A stretch of DNA of 13,641 nt from Candidatus Muiribacteriota bacterium (GCA_051747805.1 JBNJGP010000073.1:1-13641); one strand, 5' to 3'; positions 1 through 8,395 are shown, counted from the first letter of the stretch. Notes: generated by a model from the sequence alone, not told the origin. Program-made: numbers and translations.

Positions 1-56
1 ATCGACTTTACTCGACCTTCGCTCAAGTTAGAGCATTAAAAGTATTTGTTTATGAC

Positions 57-166
57 TTATTTGCAAAGCAAATAATAACTTGGTTAAACGAAGTTTAAGT
101 AATAACTTTTTTGTCATAGACAAAAAATTACTTGTTTGTAAAAAACAAACAATAACTTTAATAAAG
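57..166. repeat. Array of 4-5 short perfect hairpins of different sequence, separated by a TAACT/TTACT motif at about 25-27 bp period
   Basis: ttatttgc-aaa-gcaaataa (57-75), ttaaac-gaa-gtttaa (84-98), ttttttgtc-ata-gacaaaaaa (107-127), ttgtttgt-aaaaa-acaaacaa (132-152) and a weak cttt-aat-aaag (156-166). The motifs tgact/taact/taact/ttact/taact start at 53, 76, 103, 128 and 153. Confidence 0.75.
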
Positions 167-187
167 CGACCCCGTTCTGTTTCTAAA

Positions 188-314
188 CAGCAATTCTCAA
201 TTTAGCCGAAAATCCTTTAGTGGTCAGGCCTACACACTTTACTTTTTCGCAAAGTGATGTCGGCGCTGACCCCATCAAATCAAGGATTTTCTCTATTTTC
301 ATTGAGAATTGCTG
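188..314. mobile_element. Miniature inverted-repeat transposable element (MITE), 127 bp, non-autonomous
   Basis: Perfect 14-bp terminal inverted repeats CAGCAATTCTCAAT (188-201) and ATTGAGAATTGCTG (301-314), flanked by a 9-bp direct repeat GTTTCTAAA (179-187, 315-323). Sub-terminal inverted repeat GAAAATCCTT (208-217) / AAGGATTTTC (282-291). No transposase ORF. Confidence 0.9.
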
Positions 315-351
315 GTTTCTAAACATTATTTTTTTTTTTAAAATAAAAATA

Positions 352-360
352 TGTTATAAT
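352..360 (+). promoter_or_regulatory. Extended -10 promoter element (TGnTATAAT) for the hybrid histidine kinase gene
   Basis: TGTTATAAT at 352-360, 66 nt upstream of ATG 427. No good -35; a T11 tract occupies that position. Confidence 0.55.
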
Positions 361-426
361 TATATTCTAAATATAAAAAAATTTTTCTAATTATTTTTTT
401 TAAAAGTACCACAATAGGATATGTAA

Positions 427-2214
427 ATGAAATTTGATTTAAAAAAATATTTTTTTTTACCCTTTATACTACTTATATTTTCAATTAATATTTTTTCTGT
501 TGAATTAGATAATCCCCAAATTAAAGAACTACTTTTCAAAAACATTTTATCTAATGCCCCAATGGGAATTGGTATTGTCAGGGACCGGAAGTTTATTTTT
601 GTAAATGACAGAATATCTAATTTAACTGGTTATTCTACCCAGGAACTTATTGGAGAAGATGTCCAACTAATTTATAAAGACGAAGATAGATATAAAGAAA
701 TAGGTCAAAAACTCTATTCAAAAGAAGAAACTGTTACTTTTACAAACTTTCAGGCTGAATTTATTACTAAATCAGGCGAAGTTTTTCATGCCGAAGTTCA
801 TATTTCTCCACTTGATAATAAAAACCTGGATAAAGGATATGCCTTTTCTTTTGTTGATATTACCGAGCATAAAAGGTCAGAACGGATTGCTAATATGCAG
901 GCAAAATCTGTAACTTTATTAAGCATTCTTTTTACTGTTATTTTAATTATTATAATTTTAAATCTTTATCTTAATATTGTTAAAAGAAAAAAGACTCAGA
1001 AACAACTATATTATACATTGGAAGATTTAAAAAAAACCACTGAAAAAGCCAACCACCTTGCAAATAAAGCAGAGGAGGCCAACCGGGCAAAATCCGAGTT
1101 CCTTGCAAACATGAGCCATGAAATAAGAACCCCCTTAAACGGCGTTATAGGTTTTACTGACCTACTTGAAACAACTGATTTAGATGAAACCCAGAGAGAA
1201 TACGCCGAAAACGCCCGAATTTCTGCTAATTCACTACTTGAACTCATTAACGATATACTGGATTTTTCAAAAATTGCTGCCAGAAAAATGGAACTTGAAT
1301 TTCGAAAAGAAGATATTATTTCCCTACTTAAAGAAACCTCAAAAATTATTAAACTTCAGGTTAAACAGAAAAAACTTGATTTTATTTTAAATATTTCACC
1401 TCATGTTCCACAATATGCGCTGATTGATTCTGTGCGCCTGAAACAGATTCTTATTAATTTACTAAGTAATGCTGTTAAATTTACATCAGAAGGATTTATT
1501 GAATTTTCTGTTGATTTTAAAGAATCCAAAGATAATGAGGGAATTTTTTATTTTTCTGTTAAAGACACCGGCATAGGAATAAGTAAGGAACAGAAAGAAA
1601 AATTATTCAAGGCTTTTTCTCAGGGGGATAGCTCCACGACTAGAAAATTTGGTGGAACCGGCCTAGGCCTTGTTATTTCTGATATGCTTGCCAATTACAT
1701 GGGCTCTAAAATTAAATTAGAAAGCAACCCTGATAGAGGCTCTAAATTTTACTTTCAAATTCAGACAGAATTTTATAGAGAAGGGAAGCAGGAAGAAAAT
1801 GAAGACAATATTAAGCAGGAACTAATAAAAACTGAAAAAATTCCCGTAATTGTTATTGCAGAGGATGTAGAGTTAAACCTAATTTTAATTAAAAATATAA
1901 TTCATCAATTTATACCAAAAGCAAAAATTTTAGAGGCAAAAAATGGATTAGAAGTATTAAATATATTAAAAAATATTAATCCGAATTTGATATTTATGGA
2001 CATTCAAATGCCTGTTATAGACGGTATTTCTGCCACAAAAGAAATCAGAAAATTAAAAAAATGGAAATATATTCCAATTATTGCCTTGACCGCAGAGGCT
2101 GTAACGGGCAAAAAAGAAATCTGTATGGAGGCCGGAATGGAAGACTTTATAACTAAACCTGTTGACAAAAATAAAATTTATACTATATTAAAAAAAATAT
2201 TTAAACAACATTAA
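427..2214 (+). CDS. Hybrid sensor histidine kinase/response regulator (signal or TM segment, PAS, TM, HisKA, HATPase_c, REC)
   Basis: H-box [16 protein letters not shown]-box [15 protein letters not shown]1 DTGIGI, F-box LFKAFSQ, G2 GGTGLGL. Receiver motifs AED, MDIQMP and TKP. PAS/PAC region ending DITEHKRSE. Hydrophobic segments at about aa 9-24 and 162-184. Confidence 0.96.
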   Translation: MKFDLKKYFFLPFILLIFSINIFSVELDNPQIKELLFKNILSNAPMGIGIVRDRKFIFVNDRISNLTGYSTQELIGEDVQLIYKDEDRYKEIGQKLYSKEETVTFTNFQAEFITKSGEVFHAEVHISPLDNKNLDKGYAFSFVDITEHKRSERIANMQAKSVTLLSILFTVILIIIILNLYLNIVKRKKTQKQLYYTLEDLKKTTEKANHLANKAEEANRAKSEFLANMSHEIRTPLNGVIGFTDLLETTDLDETQREYAENARISANSLLELINDILDFSKIAARKMELEFRKEDIISLLKETSKIIKLQVKQKKLDFILNISPHVPQYALIDSVRLKQILINLLSNAVKFTSEGFIEFSVDFKESKDNEGIFYFSVKDTGIGISKEQKEKLFKAFSQGDSSTTRKFGGTGLGLVISDMLANYMGSKIKLESNPDRGSKFYFQIQTEFYREGKQEENEDNIKQELIKTEKIPVIVIAEDVELNLILIKNIIHQFIPKAKILEAKNGLEVLNILKNINPNLIFMDIQMPVIDGISATKEIRKLKKWKYIPIIALTAEAVTGKKEICMEAGMEDFITKPVDKNKIYTILKKIFKQH

Positions 2215-2220
2215 TTTTTT

Positions 2221-3534
2221 ATGAAAAAGTTTATTCAGAATTTTTTTAAATTAAATAAATATAATACAGATATTGAAACTGAAGTTTTAGCTGGAATAAC
2301 CTCTTTTTTAACAATGTCTTACATTATTATTGTAAACCCGGCTATTTTATCTAACGCCTCTATTCCATATTCAGGAGCTCTTACAGCAACAATTATTGTT
2401 GCCTCTATTTCAAGTATTTTAATGGGAATTTATGCTAATAATCCTTATGTACTGGCCCCAGGAATGGGATTAAATGCTTTTTTCACTTTTTCAGTTGTAT
2501 TAGGTATGGGAATTGAGTGGACCGTAGCTTTAGGGGCTGTTTTTATATCTGGACTGATTTTTATTTTTTTCTCATTTGTAAGATTAAGAGAGGCAATAGT
2601 TAATGCTATTCCACAATCTATTAGAGACGGGGTGGGAGCTGGAATCGGTTTTTTCCTTGCTCTGATTGGATTTAAAGAAGCAGGATTTATTGAATATAAT
2701 CCAGACACTCTTGTTTCAATGGGGGATTTTACTCCTGAAGTAACTTTATTTACAGCTGGTATTTTTTTTACCATGATTCTTTACTCAAGAAAAGTAAAAG
2801 GAGCACTTCTGGCCGGTATTATTTTCACCACTATTTCAGCCTTTTTTTCTGGCAGAGTTTATGGCGAAAAAATACTTGTAGAAATTCCAGAATCCTTTAT
2901 TTCAATGCCAGATTTTTCTTCTGCCTTATTTAAACTTGATATTCCAGGAGCCTTTCAGTTAAGTATGCTTGGTGTAATTTTCACTTTTGTTTTTACAGAT
3001 ATGTTTGATTCTATTTCAACATTTCTTGGTATTTCTAATGCCGCAGAACTTGTTGACGAGGAAGGCAGACCAAGAAATTTAAATAAATCCTTAATGGTAG
3101 ATGCTTTTTCTTCTACTATTTCAGGACTTGCCGGCAGCAGTCCTGGAACTACATATATAGAAAGTGCCTCTGGTATAGATGAAGGTGGAAAAACTGGTTT
3201 AACAGCTTTAATTGCGGGGTTACTTTTTCTTCCGTTTTTATATTTTTCTCCCCTGATTTCAATTATTCCCATGTTTGCAGCCTCACCTGCCCTTGTAATT
3301 GTAGGATTTTCAATGACCCGAACATTAAAAAATATTAATTTTAAAAATATACAAAACAGCCTACCTGCTTTTCTATCCATGATTTTAATTCCTCTGACTT
3401 TTTCAATTACAATTGGTTTAAGCTGGGGCCTTATTGTTTATACCGTGTTAAATGTTTTTGGAGGAAACGCTAAAAAAATCCCTGTAACCCTCTATATTAT
3501 CTCGATTTTAAGTTTAATAATTCTAATTATCTGA
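2221..3534 (+). CDS. NCS2 family (AzgA-like) purine nucleobase permease
   Basis: Polytopic membrane protein with AzgA-type motifs EVLAGITSFLTMSYIIIVNP, LAPGMGLNAFF, DMFDSIST, TTYIESASGIDEGGKTGL and IPLTFSITIG. Confidence 0.93.
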   Translation: MKKFIQNFFKLNKYNTDIETEVLAGITSFLTMSYIIIVNPAILSNASIPYSGALTATIIVASISSILMGIYANNPYVLAPGMGLNAFFTFSVVLGMGIEWTVALGAVFISGLIFIFFSFVRLREAIVNAIPQSIRDGVGAGIGFFLALIGFKEAGFIEYNPDTLVSMGDFTPEVTLFTAGIFFTMILYSRKVKGALLAGIIFTTISAFFSGRVYGEKILVEIPESFISMPDFSSALFKLDIPGAFQLSMLGVIFTFVFTDMFDSISTFLGISNAAELVDEEGRPRNLNKSLMVDAFSSTISGLAGSSPGTTYIESASGIDEGGKTGLTALIAGLLFLPFLYFSPLISIIPMFAASPALVIVGFSMTRTLKNINFKNIQNSLPAFLSMILIPLTFSITIGLSWGLIVYTVLNVFGGNAKKIPVTLYIISILSLIILII

Positions 3535-3538
3535 CTTT

Positions 3539-3553
3539 GTTACGCTTTGTAAC
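3539..3553. promoter_or_regulatory. Candidate regulator-binding site GTTAC-N5-GTAAC upstream of the secreted protein gene
   Basis: Intergenic inverted repeat gttac-gcttt-gtaac, also readable as a 10-bp-period direct repeat ctttgttacg/ctttgtaact. Confidence 0.3.
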
Positions 3554-3615
3554 TTCCTATTTTTTATTTTTTAAATTAAACTTAAATTAATCAATTAAAT
3601 TTGCGGAGGGTTACT

Positions 3616-4818
3616 ATGAGAAAAATCACAATCATGTTGCTTGCTTTAGTTTTAATTTCATCTGTTTCATATGCCGACGAAGTTGAACTTTTTGTTAATT
3701 TCATGTCTAATGAGGGGCTTGAAAGAAATGCTGCTTTAGAAATTTATGAAACAATGCCTGTTGAAGAACAAATCGCCGTTCTTTCTATTTTAATGGCAAA
3801 AAATAATAATGACCTTGATGAATTACCACCACTGAAATCACAGTATGAAGACGTTATTTATAAAAATCCTGCATCTGTTAATCTTATTGATGTTCTTTTT
3901 GAAGATAATAATAGAAGAAGTAATGATAACAGTAGATATTATCATAATGGCGCAAAATGGTACTATGAAAATAATGAAATCAGACTTGATTTTAACCGCG
4001 GTGACTATATAGAATACATTGAAATGCGATGGCATCCTGAATCATGGAGATCCACAGTTCAGCTTGTGGTTGATGGTTATACTTATGCTGATGAAAAAGT
4101 TGTAAGAGGAACTCAGAAATTCGATATTAACAGCAGAGTTGACAAAGAGATATTCTTCATTGTTAGAGGCGCTCCTGTTTATGTTTATAATGACTATATA
4201 AAATATGACAACTTCTGGAATAATAACAATAATAATTCAGAATATGGATATGATTTTATTCAGAATGTTTATGTTAACAACTCAACATACGTTGATATAG
4301 ACAAAACAATCTCAGATTTCAAAATAAAAATCAATAATGGCAGAGCAAACATTGAAACTGTTTTCATGTATGTTAATAACCGGGAATACAGAATTAATGT
4401 TGATAAAACTGTATATGCTGGTTCATCTTTTGATCATGAACTTCCAAAAGAAGCTTTTGTTGAATATTTAAGAATTGAATGGAATGATGCTAACTTTAAT
4501 AATAGAACCGATGCTTCAATATTTGTAAAACAGAGTTACTCATCTAATAATCCTGCACCAGCTAATCCCGGACAACAACCTGTGCCTTCATATATTAGAG
4601 TTTCTGCTCATCAGGTTACTGGTCCTTCACAGGCTCAGACCACTTTTTCAGGATATAGTCAAATAAATCAAAGTGATGCTACTGGACAGAAAGTTGTTGA
4701 AAAAACAATTGATGATTTTAGAGCAAAAGCAAACCGTGAAGGTTTAAGAGCAATGTCTAGAGGAAACTTTATAATCAGAAGAATTTCATCTAACACTTTC
4801 AGAGTTATCTGGTGGTAA
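3616..4818 (+). CDS. Secreted or periplasmic hypothetical protein with beta-rich domains and a Pro-rich linker
   Basis: SD GGAGGG (3605-3610) before ATG 3616, preferred over TTG 3601. Signal peptide MRKITIMLLALVLISSVSYA|DE. 400-codon ORF followed by a terminator. Confidence 0.85.
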   Translation: MRKITIMLLALVLISSVSYADEVELFVNFMSNEGLERNAALEIYETMPVEEQIAVLSILMAKNNNDLDELPPLKSQYEDVIYKNPASVNLIDVLFEDNNRRSNDNSRYYHNGAKWYYENNEIRLDFNRGDYIEYIEMRWHPESWRSTVQLVVDGYTYADEKVVRGTQKFDINSRVDKEIFFIVRGAPVYVYNDYIKYDNFWNNNNNNSEYGYDFIQNVYVNNSTYVDIDKTISDFKIKINNGRANIETVFMYVNNREYRINVDKTVYAGSSFDHELPKEAFVEYLRIEWNDANFNNRTDASIFVKQSYSSNNPAPANPGQQPVPSYIRVSAHQVTGPSQAQTTFSGYSQINQSDATGQKVVEKTIDDFRAKANREGLRAMSRGNFIIRRISSNTFRVIWW

Positions 4819-4839
4819 TTACTTACTAAATTAACTATA

Positions 4840-5229
4840 TTAAAAAAGGGCGGGTATATCCCGCCTTTTTTTTATAAAATGCAAATGACTGTAACACCTG
4901 CAATCTGAAGAACCGAATTTTTTAAAAGGGAAGGTTGTGCAAAATTCATTATGTATATGACTGTTTAATTCACACTCACTGAATTCAACATTTTTAAATA
5001 AACAGGCTTTCACAGGTTTGATTTTTTCAGTTATATAGTCTAAATGCCAGTGTTTTTTTTTATGCTGACTCAGATGTCTTTTAATTCTTTTTTCCGGACT
5101 TCTATAGGACGTGCCGATATAAAAATAAAATCCGGGTTCAAAGTTTAAAAGTCCAAATTTTGCAACCGGAATCGAAACTTTTTTTTTATTGTGAAGTATA
5201 ATAATATATAGATTAGTTAGATTACTCAT
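4840..5229 (-). CDS. DUF123 / GIY-YIG (Uri superfamily) nuclease family protein
   Basis: Motifs LYII...GFYFYIGT, RIKRH, KKHWHLDY, EC and FGSSDCRCYSHL. Start set at ATG 5229 (MSNLTN) because the track start 5256 collides with the SD and ATG of the divergent gene. Confidence 0.85.
   Translation of the reverse strand: MSNLTNLYIIILHNKKKVSIPVAKFGLLNFEPGFYFYIGTSYRSPEKRIKRHLSQHKKKHWHLDYITEKIKPVKACLFKNVEFSECELNSHIHNEFCTTFPFKKFGSSDCRCYSHLHFIKKRRDIPALF
4842..4873. terminator. Rho-independent terminator, probably bidirectional
   Basis: AAAAAAG-GGCGGG-tatat-CCCGCC-TTTTTTTT where the two convergent genes meet. Confidence 0.85.
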
Positions 5230-5255
5230 ATAAAACATTATATACGGGGGATACA

Positions 5256-6293
5256 ATGATTACAACATTTCTGGAAGCTGGATTGGGTGAGGTTTATGAT
5301 TTTATTATCGGTCACTTTTTTATTATTTTACCGGCCTTTATGCTTTCCGGGGCGATTGGTTCTTTAATTAATAAATTTAAAATACTAAAATATATGGGAC
5401 CTGAGGCTAATAAAGGTGTTTCATACTCGCTTGCCTCTGTTGTTGGAATATGTTTATCTGTATGTGCCTGCGGAATTGTTCCTCTATTCACAGGTATATA
5501 CAGCTCTGGTGTGGGAATAGGTCCAGCCATTACTTTTCTTTTTTCCGGACCCGCCTTAAACATCACCGCAATTACTCTCACTTTTTTGCTCATGGGTTCT
5601 ACTATGGGTATTTCAAGAATTATTGTAACATTTGCAGGCGGTATTATTATTGGGATGCTTTTTTCCTATATATTCAAAAAAGATCGTCTGGATAAAAAAC
5701 AGAAACCAATTGATGATAATAATAGAAAGTGGTGGCAGACTTTTTTAATTTTTTTATTTCTTTTTACATTAATTTTTTTACCAGCTACTGATATTTTCAA
5801 CTATAATATGAAATGGTCTCTATATGGTTTAAACTTCCTTATTATTTTATTTATTTCCTGGAAATTTTTATCTAAAGAAGAAATTAAATCCTGGGTTAAA
5901 AAAACTATTCATTTTGCAAAAAAAATTATTATACCCATGTTAATTGGTGTTTTTATGATTGGTGTTTTAAGACTCTATGCAACCGAATCTGATATTTTAT
6001 TCTGGGTTCAGGGCAATACATGGAAAGCCAATTTTATTGCCTCTGTTGCTGCGTCTATACTCTATTTTGGCTCATGCGTATCAGTCCCTCTCGTTGCAGG
6101 GCTTATGGCCCTTGGTCTTCATCATGGTCCGGCACTTACACTTCTACTTGCTGGTCCAGCTGTTTCACTTCCTACCTTTCTGGCAGTACGCAAAGTTATG
6201 GGAAATAAAAAATCACTTGTATATATAATTATGGTTATAATTTTTTCAATGATTGCAGGAAAATTATTTGGTAGTATGATAACATTAACTTGA
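5256..6293 (+). CDS. DUF318 / ArsP_1-family permease
   Basis: Two-fold internal repeat SVCACGIVPLF...GPAITFLFSGPALN and YFGSCVSVPLV...GPALTLLLAGPAVS, many TM helices, SD GGGGGA at 5246-5251. Confidence 0.88.
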   Translation: MITTFLEAGLGEVYDFIIGHFFIILPAFMLSGAIGSLINKFKILKYMGPEANKGVSYSLASVVGICLSVCACGIVPLFTGIYSSGVGIGPAITFLFSGPALNITAITLTFLLMGSTMGISRIIVTFAGGIIIGMLFSYIFKKDRLDKKQKPIDDNNRKWWQTFLIFLFLFTLIFLPATDIFNYNMKWSLYGLNFLIILFISWKFLSKEEIKSWVKKTIHFAKKIIIPMLIGVFMIGVLRLYATESDILFWVQGNTWKANFIASVAASILYFGSCVSVPLVAGLMALGLHHGPALTLLLAGPAVSLPTFLAVRKVMGNKKSLVYIIMVIIFSMIAGKLFGSMITLT

Positions 6294-7996
6294 TGAAAAA
6301 AAGTGAAATTATATTAATTAACTATAATCCATCAGGGCTTTTTGACAGAAATGAAATTTTAAATCTTTTAACAGTAGGGGCGTTTTTAAAAGATAAATAT
6401 AATATTGAGTTTTTTAATATTAAAAATTCTGATGAATATCTAAAAAAAGCCCCTAATTATATTATTACTTCTAAAGATAACTCGGTTATTGAGTATTCCA
6501 ACAAAATAAAAAAATACTGTAAGTGTAAAATCATATTTTTTAATGAGTACTGTCACTACTTTTTAAAACAGAAAAAGGCGGGGATTTTTGATTTTATTGT
6601 TTATAAAAATAATTTTGGAAGTATAATTGATTATTTTGATTATTATTATAATAGACCTTATTTTCTAAAAGGAGCTGCAAAAATTAAAAATAACTCTATT
6701 ATAGTTGATAAAAATAAGAATCAGCTTGATTTAAGTAAAACAGGACCTTTACCCTATCATCTTTATCCAGAAAAAACTCTTTATTATGAAAACAGTTTTA
6801 AAGATAAAAATAATCTTGACGGCAGAAAAACCGCCCTGATTTATTATTCAAGGGGGTGTAATAAAAAATGTACTTTCTGTGTTAACCCTTATTTTTATAA
6901 TTCAAAAATAAATTACAGAAAAAGCCGAGATTTAGTCGAAGATATAAAATTTTTTAATTCAGAAGGAATATATTATTTTTCTTTTGAGGACGCGGATTTA
7001 GCAGAAGATTACTCAAAAATAAAAAAATTATATAAAAAAGTGAAAAAAAATAATTTAAAACTGTTTTTCAGAGCCCATATTAAAGCTGAAAATGTCAATA
7101 ACAAAAACCTTGCTCTTTTAAAAAAAATGGGGGCAGTAAGGCTGGATATCGGGCTTGAAACAGGCTCAGAAAAAATGCTTGAGGCAATAAAAAAAAGCAC
7201 TAATTCAGATAAAGTATTAAAAGCCATTAATTTATGTAAAAAATTTTCAATCAACCCCTATATTTTAATTATAATTGGTATGCCGGATGAAACTAAAACT
7301 GATTTAGAAAAAACTGCAGAATTTTTGAAATTTCTTAAAAATAAAAATATTAAGTACGGTATTAGTTTTTTCCGCCCAGTACCAGGCACTCAGGCTTTTA
7401 AAAATTTAAAAGACGTATGCTGCGATTTTTCAAAACACGCTCAGAATAAAATAAGTTATATACCCTCCGGGCTTCAGAAAAAAAACCTTATAGACTTTTA
7501 TGAAAAATTTACCGGCATTTCAATTGGCAAAAATGAAAACTACCTTCTTTTTAAATATTTTTTTAATAATAGTTTAAAAATTAAAGTAAATGATTTTTAT
7601 AATGGAAATTTTTCTCCGGTTAAATTAAATTACTGGAGCGGGGATGATTTCTGCAGAGAAGGGTTTTCTCATATAGTTGGCAGGTTTAAAGGTTTTGTTG
7701 AATATATTTTCAAGGCAAAAAAACAGGAGAGTTCCCTGAAAATTATTTTCAGAGCCTGTTCGCAGACAGAAAATAAAGGCAGGGGTTCACTTTTTTTAAA
7801 CAAATTTAAAAAAGATTTTATTTTGCCTTCTAAATCTGTAAAAGGGGAAAAAATCATGATTATTATAGAAAATATAAAGTTATATTCAAAAAATATTTTA
7901 CGAATTGAAACGCATGATGGTAATGGAATTTCTATATTTGACGAAAATATAAGTAATAATAATAAAAAATATTTTATAGAGGTTTTACGGAGCTAA
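6293..7996 (+). CDS. Radical SAM protein of the B12-binding-domain type (N-terminal domain degenerate) with an extra C-terminal domain
   Basis: CxxxCxxC in SRGCNKKCTFC, plus FSFEDAD, IGLETGSEKMLEAIKK, IIGMPDET and FRPVPGT. ATG 6293 overlaps the permease stop (TGATG). Confidence 0.88.
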   Translation: MKKSEIILINYNPSGLFDRNEILNLLTVGAFLKDKYNIEFFNIKNSDEYLKKAPNYIITSKDNSVIEYSNKIKKYCKCKIIFFNEYCHYFLKQKKAGIFDFIVYKNNFGSIIDYFDYYYNRPYFLKGAAKIKNNSIIVDKNKNQLDLSKTGPLPYHLYPEKTLYYENSFKDKNNLDGRKTALIYYSRGCNKKCTFCVNPYFYNSKINYRKSRDLVEDIKFFNSEGIYYFSFEDADLAEDYSKIKKLYKKVKKNNLKLFFRAHIKAENVNNKNLALLKKMGAVRLDIGLETGSEKMLEAIKKSTNSDKVLKAINLCKKFSINPYILIIIGMPDETKTDLEKTAEFLKFLKNKNIKYGISFFRPVPGTQAFKNLKDVCCDFSKHAQNKISYIPSGLQKKNLIDFYEKFTGISIGKNENYLLFKYFFNNSLKIKVNDFYNGNFSPVKLNYWSGDDFCREGFSHIVGRFKGFVEYIFKAKKQESSLKIIFRACSQTENKGRGSLFLNKFKKDFILPSKSVKGEKIMIIIENIKLYSKNILRIETHDGNGISIFDENISNNNKKYFIEVLRS

Positions 7997-7998
7997 AA

Positions 7999-8385
7999 AT
8001 GATTATACAAAATTACTTAATTATTATTTTTTCAATTCTGATTCTTTTTTATATTATTAAATGGAGTACTGCCCGGAATGTTGATTGTATTACAATAGCC
8101 GAATCTTATGAGTATTATATTGAAAATCGCGCCTTTTTTATTGATGTAAGAGAACAAAACGAGTTTAAAAAGGGGAGTCTTCAAATAGCCTTAAATATTC
8201 CAGTATGTAAACTCCAGAAAAAAATTAAGCATATTCCAGAAGACAAAGTTATACTGACTTTTTGTCATTCCGGCGCAAGAGCGTATGATGCTTATAATAT
8301 TTTAAGAAACCATGGATTTGAAGTATATGTTATTGAGGCAAATGTTTATGATTTAATTCATTTTTACAAAGAAAATTACAGATAA
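7999..8385 (+). CDS. Membrane-anchored rhodanese-like domain protein (sulfurtransferase)
   Basis: N-terminal TM helix, FIDVREQNEF, ALNIP and active-site loop FCHSGARA. Starts 2 bp after the radical SAM stop. Confidence 0.88.
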   Translation: MIIQNYLIIIFSILILFYIIKWSTARNVDCITIAESYEYYIENRAFFIDVREQNEFKKGSLQIALNIPVCKLQKKIKHIPEDKVILTFCHSGARAYDAYNILRNHGFEVYVIEANVYDLIHFYKENYR

Positions 8386-8395
8386 CCAATAATGG

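Noticed and set aside
1..98. 3' end of an upstream CDS
   Set aside because: The open frames are too short (at most 31 codons) and lack motifs, so a gene cannot be supported from this window.
53..166. CRISPR array
   Set aside because: No identical 23-47 bp repeats, the conserved part is only about 5 bp, and there are no cas genes.
329..458. Phase variation through the T11 (329-339) and T9 (450-458) tracts
   Set aside because: Runs of 8-9 A/T are frequent throughout this AT-rich window, the frame is intact, and there is no evidence of variation.
2215..2220. Purine riboswitch upstream of the NCS2 permease
   Set aside because: Only 6 bp separate it from the kinase gene and I see no riboswitch core motif.
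1011..4035. Short ORFs 1011-1247, 1184-1390, 2445-2774, 2955-3380 and 3838-4035
   Set aside because: Antisense or out-of-frame shadows inside well-supported genes, with no recognisable motifs.
5312..7857. Short ORFs 5312-5593, 5450-5695, 5977-6228, 6020-6208, 7009-7254 and 7669-7857
   Set aside because: Shadow ORFs within the permease and radical SAM genes.
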